Shown here in pieces: positions 22,093-34,538 of a stretch of DNA of 64,000 nucleotides (its first letter is position 1; each line of letters opens with the position of its first letter). A program made the position numbers and the translations under genes. The notes beneath the pieces are model-generated. The model was not told the origin of the DNA, made no database searches, and was given only the letters and a program-made list of their open reading frames with translations. Source of the DNA: Hypanus sabinus (lineage: Eukaryota); NCBI RefSeq assembly GCF_030144855.1, contig NC_082722.1, positions 12,152,001 to 12,216,000 of the forward strand, given 5' to 3'.

Positions 22093-23568
22093 AAAGTGAA
22101 AACAGATCTCTAGAAAGCGATCTAAATTAGTTACAAAAGTAAAACAGAAAGTAATTGATTGCATAAATATTCACCCCCTTCAAGTCAGTATTTAGTAGAT
22201 GCATGCTTGGCAGCAATTAACAGCCTTCAGTCTGTCTGGATAGGTCTCTATTAGGTCTCTGGTCGGCACATTTTTTTCCTCAAAACTGCTCAACCTCTGT
22301 TAGATTGCACTGAGATCGTGAGTCAACAGGCCTTTTAAAATGCAACCACAAATTCTCAATTGGAATCTGATTTGGCCTCTCCAGGACATTAGCTTTGTTG
22401 TCTTAAAGTCATTCCTGTGTAGCTTTGGCTTCATGCTTTGGGTCATTGTCTCGCCGGAAAACAAATCTTCTCCCAAGTTACAAGTTCTCTTGCAAACTGG
22501 TTTTCCTCCAGGATTCCCCTGTATTTTGCTGCATTCAGTTTACCTCCACCTTCACAAGCTTTCCAGGGTCTGCTGCAGTGAAGCATTCCTATAGCATGAT
22601 GCAAACACCATGCTTCAAGATAGGGATGGTGTGTTTTGATGATGTGAGGTACTTGCCTTACGTCAAACATAGCGATAATTCGGATGGCTAAAAGCTTAGT
22701 TTTGGTTTCATCAGACCATAGAACGTTCTTCCAGCAGACCTCAGAGTCTTCTAGAAAACTCTACCCGAGATTTCATGTGACTTTACCTATTGACAAGTGG
22801 CTTTCTTTTTGCCACCTTGCCATAAAGCTGTGAGTGGGAAAGAACCCGGGCAACAGTTGTTGCATGCGCAGTCTCTCTCATCTCAGGAGGTGCAGCTTGT
22901 AACCCATCTAGAGTTATCAGCGGTTTCCTATTCTCCTCTTTCACTACTCTCCTTCTAGCACGGGCACTCAGTTTTTGAGGATGGCCTGCTCTAGACAGAA
23001 TTACAGCTGTACCATATTCTTTCCATTTCTTGATGATTGACTTAACTCAACTCCAAGGAATATTCAGTGAAGTTGGAAATTTTCTTGTATCACACTCCTG
23101 ACATGTGCATAATCAGTAAATTTTTCACGATGTTGCTTAGAGTGTTCTTTTGCATTCATATTGTAGTTTTTGACAAGATGCTGACTCATCAGCAGTTGGA
23201 CCTCCCAGACACAGTTGTATTTTTTTACCATAATCAGTTGAAACACCATGACTGCACACAGATTTCCAAAATTAAATCTCCATTTAACTAATAATGTGAC
23301 TTCCAAAACCCAACTGGCTGCACAAGTGATGATCTGGCGTGTCATATTAAGGGGGTGAAAATTACGCAATCAATTACTTTGAGTTTTCTATTTGTAATTA
23401 ATGTAGATCACTTTGGCGAGCTCTGTTTTCACTTTAACACGAAAGAGTTTTTATCTGTTGAAAAGAGTTAAAAAAAAAATTAAGTCCGCTGTGATTCAAT
23501 GTTTTAAAACACTAAAACATGAAAACTTCCAAGGGGTTTGGGGGCGAATACCTTTTTAATAGGCACTG
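22093..23568 (-). mobile_element. Tc1-family DNA transposon with long IR/DR-type TIRs, degenerate, left TIR truncated
   Basis: Ends CACTG followed by TA (23564-23570); ~230-bp TIR whose inner part recurs inverted at 22093-22190; transposase remnants (GKLNAAKYRGILEEN; MNAKEHSKQHREK). Confidence 0.85.
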
Positions 23569-25002
23569 TATACAGTATATATATAATTGCAATATATGTG
23601 TTGCACTGTCCTGGGGATACAAAATAACAAATGACTTGACACTATCAGTAATATTATACTTATCTCTACTGTCTAATCCTACAGTGGTAGAACTTAGCAG
23701 ATCCATTTGGAATGTTCAATGCTAATGTCTGTTCCAAAAGCCAGACACCAGAAAAAAAAACCTTTATGTTACAGTGTTGATGGATGCCTCTGTGAATATT
23801 GTACTAATTAAATTTTTACAGGTTTAATTTCTCGTAAGGTGATTCTTATTCCACTTAATACATAATTGCCTTATCTATGATGTTATGACTCCAAAATGAT
23901 CTCTAAGAGCCAAAAAGGAAATGAGTCTTGCTTTAAATTGCAACACATTGCGTATATATGGAGTGCACCATTACAGTGGATCGAATCTAAAATGGACTTG
24001 TAAAAGATGTATTACACAAATTTGAGGAGGATAATTCATAGGGTTATATAGGAGGAAACGTAGAGGATGAACTCCTAGGTAGTCTGTGAATTAGTCTATA
24101 TGTTGAGTTGCCCTACACATGTCTCAACTGTCATCTGTGGCATATGAAGCTGCACCAATATCCTCACCCTCACACCCCGCTCCTCCCTATTTAATGACCT
24201 CAAAACAAGGCTCCGATCTCTACAAAGGAACTTGACCAGTGTTTTTAGGGTTAACTGCTGAGATGGAAGTCAGCTTATTCCTGTAATGTGTGTGTTTCCT
24301 TTTCACCACAGGGAGCTAATCCTAACAATGGCTATACACGCCGACTGAAGCTTGTTTTTCACTGTCAGAACTATAATATACTGTATACTGCAACGGAAAT
24401 AGGACTTTGGATAGATTCAAAATTCCCTGTAGTTTACTGAGAATGTTCAATAGTGTTAAATAGTGGGTTAGTGGGAAAGACTACTGATTTATAATTGTTC
24501 TTTCATTCGGCATCACTCTGAACTGAAAGAAGCCACTGAACTCCACAAAACTATTCTGGATGAAATTCTTAATGGTGTGTAACTCGGTTAGCTGCATTCA
24601 TCAGTCTCGTGAAACCCTCAAACAAAAAAAGAATGATCGATTTTTTTTCCTGGAAAGGTTCAATTGCCCTTTGGAAGGAGAGAATTGCAGTTATACAGGG
24701 CTGTGTTGAAAATTGCACCATGCGTTTACTCTTGATCTGCTAACTTTAACTAAAGATTCAGTCACCTCATTCTTCAGCCTTTGAACAAAAGGAAATTACT
24801 TTGCTGCTTCCGCTCATTTTGACATTTTGCACAACTTGTTCAAATCTATCCTCGTGATTGCAGGGAGAGATTCAAATGTGTATTATCCTCAGGGATTTTC
24901 ACAGGATGGAGATGGAAAGGATGTTCCTTCTTGTAGGAAAGTCTAGATCTAGGTCTCTGAGGAAACAGGGCAAAACCTGCTACTTTCATTGCCGATTATC
25001 TG

Positions 25003-25152
25003 NNNNNNNNNNNNNNNNNNNNNNNNNNNNNNNNNNNNNNNNNNNNNNNNNNNNNNNNNNNNNNNNNNNNNNNNNNNNNNNNNNNNNNNNNNNNNNNNNN
25101 NNNNNNNNNNNNNNNNNNNNNNNNNNNNNNNNNNNNNNNNNNNNNNNNNNNN
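25003..25152. other. Assembly gap (150 N)
   Basis: Run of N at the 3' (poly-A) end of the L1 element. Confidence 1.
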
Positions 25153-28100
25153 TTAATTTCCATTGCACATGAAAGAATACATAAGCAATGATTACAATAT
25201 AAATGAGTTTGCCCAAAATATGAACCATACAGTATATGTATGAACAAGGTAAATCTAGGTATTTCATAATATATAATATAAAAACACAGAAAAAAGAAAA
25301 AAAATATTATGCAAAAATAACTAAACTACTAATCTAATAGCTAATAAAGAAGAAAAAAAGCAAAAAAAAAGAAAAAAAGAAAGAAAAACTAGAAAAAGAA
25401 AAAAAGGGCTGTCTATAATATCTCACAAAAATACATAATCATCAGTGTCAGCAACTCCGATCCTCTCAACATAAATAAGATTAAAGCTGGAAAATCAAAT
25501 AAGCCTGGAACAGGGTCATATTACATCATATGAAAATATTGAATAAGTGGTCTCCATATCTTTTCAAATTTAATAGAAGTATCAAAAACACCACTTCTAA
25601 TTTTTTCTAAATTTAAACATAACATAATTTGAGAAAACCAATGAAATACAGTGGGAGGATTAATTTCCTTCCAATGCAGCAAAATAGATCTTCTAGCCAT
25701 CAGAGTGAGAAATGCAATCATTCGACAGGCGGAAGAAGATAAATGCAGTAAGTCCATCATTGGTAAACCAAAAATTACGGTAATAGGATGGGGTTGTAAA
25801 TCGATGTTCAATACCGCAGAGATAATATCAAAAATATCTTTCCAATATTTTTTCAAAAGCGGACATGACCAAAACATATGAGTTAAAGACGCAGTTTCAA
25901 ATTGACATCTATCACAAATAGGATTTATATAAGAATAAAAATGAGCTAATTTATCCTTGGACATATGTACAACCTTAAATTGTATTAATGAATGTTTGGC
26001 ACATATAGAAGATGTATTAACTAATTGAAGAATTCTATCCCAATTCTCAATAGGAATAATAAGATTAAGCTCTCTTTCCCAATCATTTTTTGTGTTATAA
26101 AGGGGCTCTGAACGTATCTTCATAATTATATTATAAAGTTTTGATATAAGCCCTTTTTGAAAAGGGTTTAATTCAAACAAACTCTCCAAAATATCTGAAG
26201 ACACAACATTTGGAAACGTAGGAAGTACAGTACTTAAAAAATGCCTAATCTGTAAATATCTAAAAAAATGAAATCTAGGCAAATTATATTTATTAGATAA
26301 TTGCTCAAAAGACATAAAACAATTGTCCAAAAATAAATCAGAAAATCTTAGTAATCCCTTAGTTTTCCAAGCCGAATAAGCTTGATCTATAATTGAAGGG
26401 TGGAAAAAGCAATTAGATACAATAGGAATATTTAAAGCGAATTGAGTCAATCCGAAAAATTTCCGAAATTGAAACCATATACGTAAAGTATGTTTAACTA
26501 TCGGGTTGTCAATTCGTTTCGGCAATTTAGAAAGAGCAAAAGGGAGAGAAGTCCCTAAACTAGAACTCAGAGCATAACCTGGTACCGATTTAATTTCCAA
26601 ACTCACCCAATGAGGGCCAAAAGATCCATCCCAATCTTTCAACCAACATAACAAATATCTAATATTAACTGCCCAATAATAAAATCTGAAATTAGGTAAT
26701 GCTAACCCACCTTCCTTCTTTGTCTTCTGTAAATATATTTTAACTAACCTGGGATTTTTATTCTGCCATATATATGAGGAAATTTTTGAATCAACATTAG
26801 TAAAAAAAGATTTCGGAATAAAAATTGGTACCACTTGAAAAATATATAAAAACTTATGTAGAATAACCATCTTAATAGCATTAATCCTACCTATCAGAGA
26901 TAAAGATAATGGTGACCACTTATTAAACAAACCTTTAATCTGATCAATTAAGGGTAAAAAATTAAACCTAAATAATTCTTTATGGTTTTTTGTGATTTTA
27001 ATCCCTAAGTAAATAAAAGAGTCATTAATTAAATTAAAGGGTAAATTTCCATAAATTGGGACCTGTCTATTCAAAGGAAACAATTCACTCTTATTAAGAT
27101 TTAACTTATACCCAGAAAACTCACTAAATTGAGCCAACAATGATAGAACTGCTGGAATAGATTTCTCAGGCTTAGAAATGAATAATAATAAATCATCTGC
27201 ATACAAAGATAACATGAATATCTGTCCCACGATTAATACCCGAAATATCTTGTGATTCTCTGATGGCTATTGCCAAGGGTTCTAAAGCAATGATAAATAG
27301 TAATGGGCTAAGAGGACAGCCTTGTCTAGTGCCCCGAAATAAACGAAAAAAGGGAGATCTTTGATTATTAGTAAACACTGAGGCTACTGGAGTGTGATAA
27401 ATCAGTTTAATCCAGGAAATGAATGTCGGACTAAAATTAAACTTCTCCAACACATTAAATAAGTAAGGCCATTCAACTCTATCAAATGCTTTCTCCACAT
27501 CTAATAAAATAACACATTCTGAAGTGCTATGTGAAGGAGTATAAACAATATTCAGTAATCTCCTAACATTGAAAAAAGAACAGCGATTTTTAATAAAACC
27601 GGTTTGATCTTCCGAAATAATTTGGGGTAATACCTTCTCCAACCTGGATGCCAGTCACTTGGAAAAGATCCTGGAGTCTACATTCAATAAGGATATTGGT
27701 CTATAGGATGCACGGTCAGTAGGGTCTTTATCTTTCTTCAGTATTAAAGAAATAGAAGCTCTATAAAAAGATTGTGGCAAATTCCCCAATCTTATTGCTT
27801 CTTCAAAAACCCCGCATATCCAAGGAGAAAGAGTAGCGGAAAAACATACAAAAAATTCTACTGTATACCCATCTGGACCTGGTGCTTTCCCAGAATTCAT
27901 TGAAGAAATAACCCCTTTGATTTCTGCGTCTGTAATAGGAGTATCTAATATTGAAAGATCATCGGATGATAATTTTGGAAAATTCAATTTCCCAAGAAAA
28001 TCACACATCCTAAGGGAATTCAGATTGATACAGGGAGGTATAAAAGTCTTGAAATGACTTATTTATCTCATCATGGTTAACTGTCAAATCCCCATTCTGC

Positions 28101-28828
28101 TGACGAATCTTAGTGATTTGACGTTTAACCAAACACTCTTCAACTGACTAGCTAACAGTTTACCTGATTTATCACTATGTATATAAAAATCAGATCTGGT
28201 TTTCATTTATTGATTTACAATCGGAGATGTAAGTAATAAACTATGTTCCGTTTGAAGTTCAACCCTTTGTTTGTAAAGTGATCGAATATTTCTTGTCAAT
28301 CTCTTTAATTTTATCGACCAATAAAAGTGTTTCCTTCTTAATGCGTTTTCTCAAACCAATGGAGTAAGAGATAATCTGTCCATGTATATACGCTTTAAAA
28401 GTGTCCCAAAGTGTTCCGCAAGTAATATCCTCCGTGGAATTAGTTGAAAAGAAGAAATCGATCTGTTCCTTCATAAATTTAATAAAGTCCGGATCTTGCA
28501 GTAAGGTAGAGTCAAATCGCCATTGTCTAACATTAGAAGCTGTATCCGTAAATTTAATAGAAAGTTTTAATGGAGCATGGTCAGAGATAGCTATAATATC
28601 GTAATTACAACCGATTACCGATGGAATAAAACAAGAGTCAATAAAAAAATAATCAATTCTCGAATAAGAATGATAAACATGTGAGAAAAAAGAAAACTCT
28701 TTATCGTTAGGATGCCGAAATCTCCAAATATCAAAAACTCCATTATCAGTCAAAAAGGAATTAATACAAGTGGCCGACTTATTGGGTAAAGTCTGAATAG
28801 ATAAAGATTTATCCATCAAAATATTTAA
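25153..28828 (-). mobile_element. L1-clade LINE (fish-type), 5'-truncated, ORF2 broken by frameshifts and stops
   Basis: APE remnant (SRIDYFFI..SDHAPL), RT (SGKAPGPDG, DVEKAFDRVEW, RQGCPLSPLLF, LYADD), C-terminal C-x2-C..HMFWSC; absent from unit A at ~7240. Confidence 0.93.
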
Positions 28829-29759
28829 ACTTCTTCTTCAAGTACACATTATGCTTGCGCACACCTAGAGCAGCCTGGTCCCTATCGCCACATTGTTCTG
28901 AAATTGGAACAAAGAAATACAATTCTTCTTTGCAGATATTCACCATTTGTTAACATTGTGTATAATCAAATTGCTTATTGCCATGATTAATCACCAACCA
29001 TATTACGACAATACAAGTATTGATAGACAATACAATGTCCAAGTTAAACGCCAATAACACTTCAACGTTAGTAAAAGGTGTTGTGTACTTAATATTTCAG
29101 TAACATATAATTAATATTGTAAATATATTGTTTGATAGTGTACACTGTGTTGTTTACATAATGTATTATGGGTTAATGTGAAGTTCGAGAATGCATTATG
29201 CGCACCTCACTGAAGTAAAATGAAGTAGACACACTTATCCACAGTTCCCGTGTTTTACTTTTAACTAGTTTCTCCAGTTGCAAAATATAACAGAGGTGTT
29301 GACGTAGTTTAAAAATGAACCAGAGAGGACTACTATCTGTTGAAACACAGCACGTGTTTGTCTTCGCAAGTGAAGAGAGACACTCGAGTTAAAAATAAAG
29401 TGCAACGCGTATTTCTTCAGAAAGGGAGTGAGATGGTAGAGTTTAAAAGGCAGAAAACGGATGAATTCACAGGTTCATAAGTGCCGGAAATAATAATAAT
29501 AAATAACAAAAAGCAAAGTTGATTGGCAACATCAGAAATGTAAATGTGTTTGATTGCACAGGAGCAGCTACGTAATGTATAATGAACGAAATGAGCATTG
29601 GAAACAAATTAAGTTGCTAATGAAAAACAGTTGCCAGTTTTGCTGAGCATAATAAGTGCAAAATCATATAATTTGCTTAGAAGTTTGATTGTTTCAGCCA
29701 AATCAGCTGTAATGAGATTTGTTGATAAAAGGAAAGTCTTGCAGAAACTTTTAGAAGGT

Positions 29760-31500
29760 CATTTGCAAGGTGCTGTTCACGAAGCAGCTTAAAAAGTTAA
29801 GATTCCATAGCATTACATAAAAGATACTAGCATGGATAGAATATTGGCTAGCTGGCAGGAGCCAAGCTGTGAGAATGCAGAGGGGCTTTTCTGATTGGCT
29901 GCAGGTGTCTCCACAATGCTGTTCCCCAGGGTTCGGTGTTGGGAACGATTCTTTCAACTTATATCAACTCAATGATTTGGATGACAGATTCGATAGCTTT
30001 GTGATCAAGCTTACGGCCGATACGAAGATAGGTGGAAGTAACAGTAGTGTTGAGAAAGCAGGGTGTCTGCAGACAGACTTAGAGAGTATGGGAGAATGAA
30101 CAAATTGGCAAATTCTAACCAGGAGATTAACTTGCAGGTTGAATCGATGGTAAAGATGGCAAATGCAATGTTTACATTCAATTCCAGAGTACTAAAGTAT
30201 AAGATCAGGTGGGTAATGCTGAGGTTTTAGTAGACATTGGTCAGATTGCATGGCGTACTATGAGCAGTTGTGAGCCTCTCATCTAAGAAATGATGAGCTG
30301 ACGTTGAAGATGATTCAGAAGAAGTTTTAGGGAATGCTTCCAGAATAAAAATATCAACGAATGAGGAGAGTTTGATGCCTTTGAGTATGTCGTCGCTGTA
30401 GTTTAGGAGAAGAAGGAGGCACCTGATTGTAGTCTATTGAACATCGAAAGGCATGGATAGAGTTGATGTGGAGAAAATGTTTCTTACGGTGGATGGACCA
30501 AACATAGTGGTGCATAGTAACCTGAATGTGGAATAGTGGTGCATAGTTCTCTGAATGTGAAATTAATGGTGCATAGTTCTTTGAATGTGGAATCTCATGT
30601 GGATAGGGTGGTGAAGAAAGTTTTTGATATGCTGGCCTTTATAAATCAGGGCATTGAGTACAGGAGTTGGAATGTAATGTTAAAATTGAACAAGGCATTG
30701 GTGAAATCAAATTTGGAGTATTGTGTACAGTTCTGGTCACCGAATTATAGGAAAGATATCAACAAAATAGAGAGAGTACCGAGAAGATTTACTAGAATGA
30801 TACCAGGTTTTCAGCACCTGAGTTACAGAGAAAGGTTGAACAAGTTAGGTCTTTATTCTTTGGAGTTTAGAAGGTTGAGGGGGGACTTGATAGAGGTATT
30901 TAAAATTATGAGGGGGATAGACAGAGTTGTTTTTTTTCCATTGAGAGTAGGGGAGATTCAAGCAAGAGGACATGAGTTGAGAGTTAAGGGGCAAAAATTT
31001 AGGGGTAACACTAGGGGGAACTTCTTAGAGAGTGGTAGCTATGTGGAACGAGCTTCCAGTGGAAGGGGTAGAAGCAGGTTCGATATTGTCATTTTAAAAA
31101 ATGGATATATATACGAACAGGAATGGAATGGACGGTTAAGGGCTGAGTGCAGGTCGGTGGGACGAGGTGAGGGTAAGCTTTCGGCACAGACTAGAAGGGC
31201 CGAGATGGCCTGTTTCCATGCTGTAGTTGTTATATGGTTATAACAACTTTTATAAGGGGGCGTAGTCTCATAATATAGGGGCGTCTATTCTGAACCCAGA
31301 TGCTGAAGAAACTATTTAGCCAGAGCGGAGTGAACCTATGGAACTCATAGCTAATTCATTCCGTATATTTATAGCATAACTTGATATGTTCCTGATTTGT
31401 CGAGATGTCAAAGGTTATGGAGCGAGGACAGGAGAATAGGGTTGAGGGGAATAATAGATCAGGCATGGTGGATTTGCGAGGTGTCTCAATGAGCTGAATA
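29760..31500 (+). mobile_element. Old CR1 fragment (paralogue of 8225-9230) carrying a nested younger CR1 3' fragment at ~30504-31245
   Basis: Flanks join as in unit A; the nested piece encodes the CR1 C-terminus (ORF 30536-31243) and the young-family tail. Confidence 0.85.
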
Positions 31501-33080
31501 ATATAATTAAGCTCGTATGTCTTATGGTCTTGATGTCTAATTCCGAGAACTGAAGCTGTATGAAGTATATATTTAGCCTCCGTAACGACGTACGGATTTT
31601 AATTTTGAAATATACTGAACGTGTTAGCTGTAACTGGTCCGGTAACCACACAAACAACGAATAAGTTATTTTTTCCATGACCATGCAAGCCTTCTATCAA
31701 TTTCTGTTGTGGTGGTCCAGATATCCTCAGAAAACATCTATAAAACACAGATTGGAATGGAACCTTAAACAGAAGTTGTTGAACTGCGGAAGAGCACTGT
31801 CGGCCGGTAGTACTTCTGCCATTCTTCAACAGTAAAGTTGCAACCGTTCGCTGGCTCCACGCGAGTTGTAAATTTCGCCCTTAAATCTCTATTTACCTGT
31901 ATTGATAGAAAACATGCCCTAAATGGGCTTCAATTTCTAATGTCACAACGCCCACGTCCAGCAGAACCCACAAAAGAAGTATCCCCCACCTCCCAGGAAC
32001 CTAAAAGTTGATTTCAGATAACTTAATGTCTCTGACGTCTTTAAGCTTCTAGCAAAAATAATGCTTCTCTTTATATGCAAACTTAAAACCAACCATCACC
32101 TTATCGATCGTAAAAATCTCCCTACATCGTTCTATACACTGAAAAATAGCAGAAAGAACTCGATTCTCTGTAAATTCCCACAACCTTAATGCATCACCTC
32201 CGGATTTATGTTTGTATTTCACCTCCACATCCTCTGAGACTTTTGTGTTTTTACAAGTACGCCGAAAGCGATTGGATGAAATGATTATATATTCTCCAGA
32301 GCGATATTTCAAATACTTAAGAATCATCTCCGTCTTCTGTAAAAATGCCTTTCCATTCATGGGCCCAAAATCTCATATGTTTCACACAACACAATTTTGA
32401 TTAACCGACTACTTTCCCTTTATCTCTGCACAGCCTTTAAAACAAGATAATTTCTTTTGTCCTTTCTATCGCTGTTTATTTTCACAGGTTCTTTTTAGCC
32501 TTGTTTAGTGTCTTGCTCTGGTCTGCATAGTTTTCCACCACTGCGTGCATGACGATGATAGAAGTAACATATTTTGGAAGAAACAACGTAGAGTGAGAAA
32601 AGCAAATAAATTGAAATAGTTTAACGCCATGAAATTCCTGCAAAATCTCTCTTCCTAAGAAATACTGTGATTTCCTTCTTCTCCTCTGTAACGTATGTCT
32701 AAACCAGGCCGAAAATTTTCACTCTTGTGTACCTTATACTTACACATCGGAGACTCAGATTCTAGAGTAGTGACGAAGTGTCGTGGAGATCAGAAATGCA
32801 ATCTCTTTCGTCTCTATAAAATATAGTTGTGTGACTAAAACTCCAAAGCACTTGCTAAGAAAACTGTACTTGACTTGAAATTAACTTTGCCATCGGTGGG
32901 CGCAATTCTCTATGCCAATACTTGCACCACCCAATTTCTGATCCCAGTCCTGGACCTTTATTTCGTCCCATCGTTCTGAAACACTCGCTATGATTTTCTG
33001 TTACCTCTGTGTTCCACTATTCAGATTAACTGTTTCTGCATTGCTGTGTTAGAGAAACACAGTTATGATGACTTTTGATT

Positions 33081-33997
33081 CAACCACTGCAAAGAGTCTT
33101 GCCATCTTCAGAAGTTTTCTGATGACTCTGCCATAGTTGGATGCATCAGCAAGGGAGATGAGGTTGAGTACAGGGCTACGGTGGGAAACTTTGTCACATG
33201 GTGCGAACAGAATCATCTGCAGCTTAATGTGAAAAAAGACTAAGGAGCTGGTGATGGACCTGAGGAGGGCTAAGGCACCGGTGACCCCTGTTTCCATCCA
33301 AGGGGTCAGTGTGGACATGGTAGAGGATTACAAATAACTGGGGATACGAATTGACAATAAACTGGACTGGTCAAAGAACACTGAGGCTCTATACAAGAAG
33401 TGTCAGAGCCGTCTCTATTTCCTGAGGAGACTGGTGTCCTTTAACATCTGCCGGACGATGCTGAAGATGTTCTACGAGGCTGTGGTGGCCAGTACTATCA
33501 TGTTTGCTGTTGTGTGCTGGGGCAGCAGGCTGAGGGTAGCAGACACCAACCGAATCAACAAACTCATTCGTAAGGTCAGTGATGTTGTGGGGGTGGAACT
33601 GGACTCTCTGACAATGGTGTCTGAAAAGAGGATGCTGTCCAAATTGCATCCCATCTTGGACAATGACTCCCATCCACTTCATAATGTACTGGTTAGGTAC
33701 AGGAGTACATTCAGCGAGAGACTCATTCTATCGAGATGTAACACTGAGCGTCATATGAAGTCACTCCTGCCTGTGGCCATCAAACTTTACAACTCCTCCC
33801 TCGGAGTTTTAGACACCCTGAGCCAATAGGCTGGTCCTGGACTTATTTCCACCTGGCACGATTAACTTATTTTTATTTAATTATTTATGGTTTTATATTG
33901 CTATATTTCTACACTATTCCTGGTTGGCGCGGCTGTAACGAAACCCAATTTCCCTCGGGATCAATAAAGTAAAATAAAATAAAATCTGTCTGTCTGT
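33081..33997 (+). mobile_element. Rex1/Babar-like LINE, 5'-truncated, unit-B specific
   Basis: RT/thumb CHLQKFSDDSAIVGCI..KELVMDLRR..QSRLYFLRRL; ends AATAAA..(TCTG)n; empty site in unit A at ~10283. Confidence 0.82.
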
Positions 33998-34349
33998 CTA
34001 TAGGTTTGGTGCCGACTAAATTATTGAGATATGCAGCAAAAGTACATCCCACATTTGAATTATGGCCGTCTTATATATCTCTATACAGTTTTTGCTTTCC
34101 TTCTTCTGTAACCTGTTCCTTGGCATAAATATTTCGGAATACCCCAGTTTCATTGTTTTGTAGTTTCCCGAGTATAACTGTGATCGAGTCGGTTTTTCCC
34201 ATGCACTAAATACTCCAACTCTTCTAAAACCATTTCCTCATGTAATAATCTCATCGATGCTTTCGTTCTGTTCATCCGACTGTTCTCCTGTGAAATCCTT
34301 GTGGTTCAGCATTAATTGTACTTTGAATTTCTGTTGCTTCGCCAGTAAA

Positions 34350-34358
34350 CAGGAAGTG
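34350..34358 (+). promoter_or_regulatory. ETS/PU.1-type motif CAGGAAGTG upstream of gene B
   Basis: Same motif and position as in gene A. Confidence 0.45.
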
Positions 34359-34483
34359 TAAACCTGCACACGCACGAAGAAAACCAAACGTCATAGCTCA
34401 GTCCTTCAATGTAAAACAGAGCAGTCATTACTTTCATTAATCAAGAAAGCGGAGCATCAGTTGATTGCTTTGCTCAGAATATT

Positions 34484-34538
34484 ATGACTGCAATATTTCT
34501 GCTCTTGTTTCTGTCTCTCTCAAGGATCATTTGCTCAG
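34484..34538 (+). CDS. Gene B exon 1, signal peptide [18 protein letters not shown]
   Basis: 4 nt differ from the gene A leader; phase-1 GT donor. Confidence 0.85.

Noticed and set aside
24858-25267. ORFs containing X runs
   Set aside because: Artefacts of translating across the N gap
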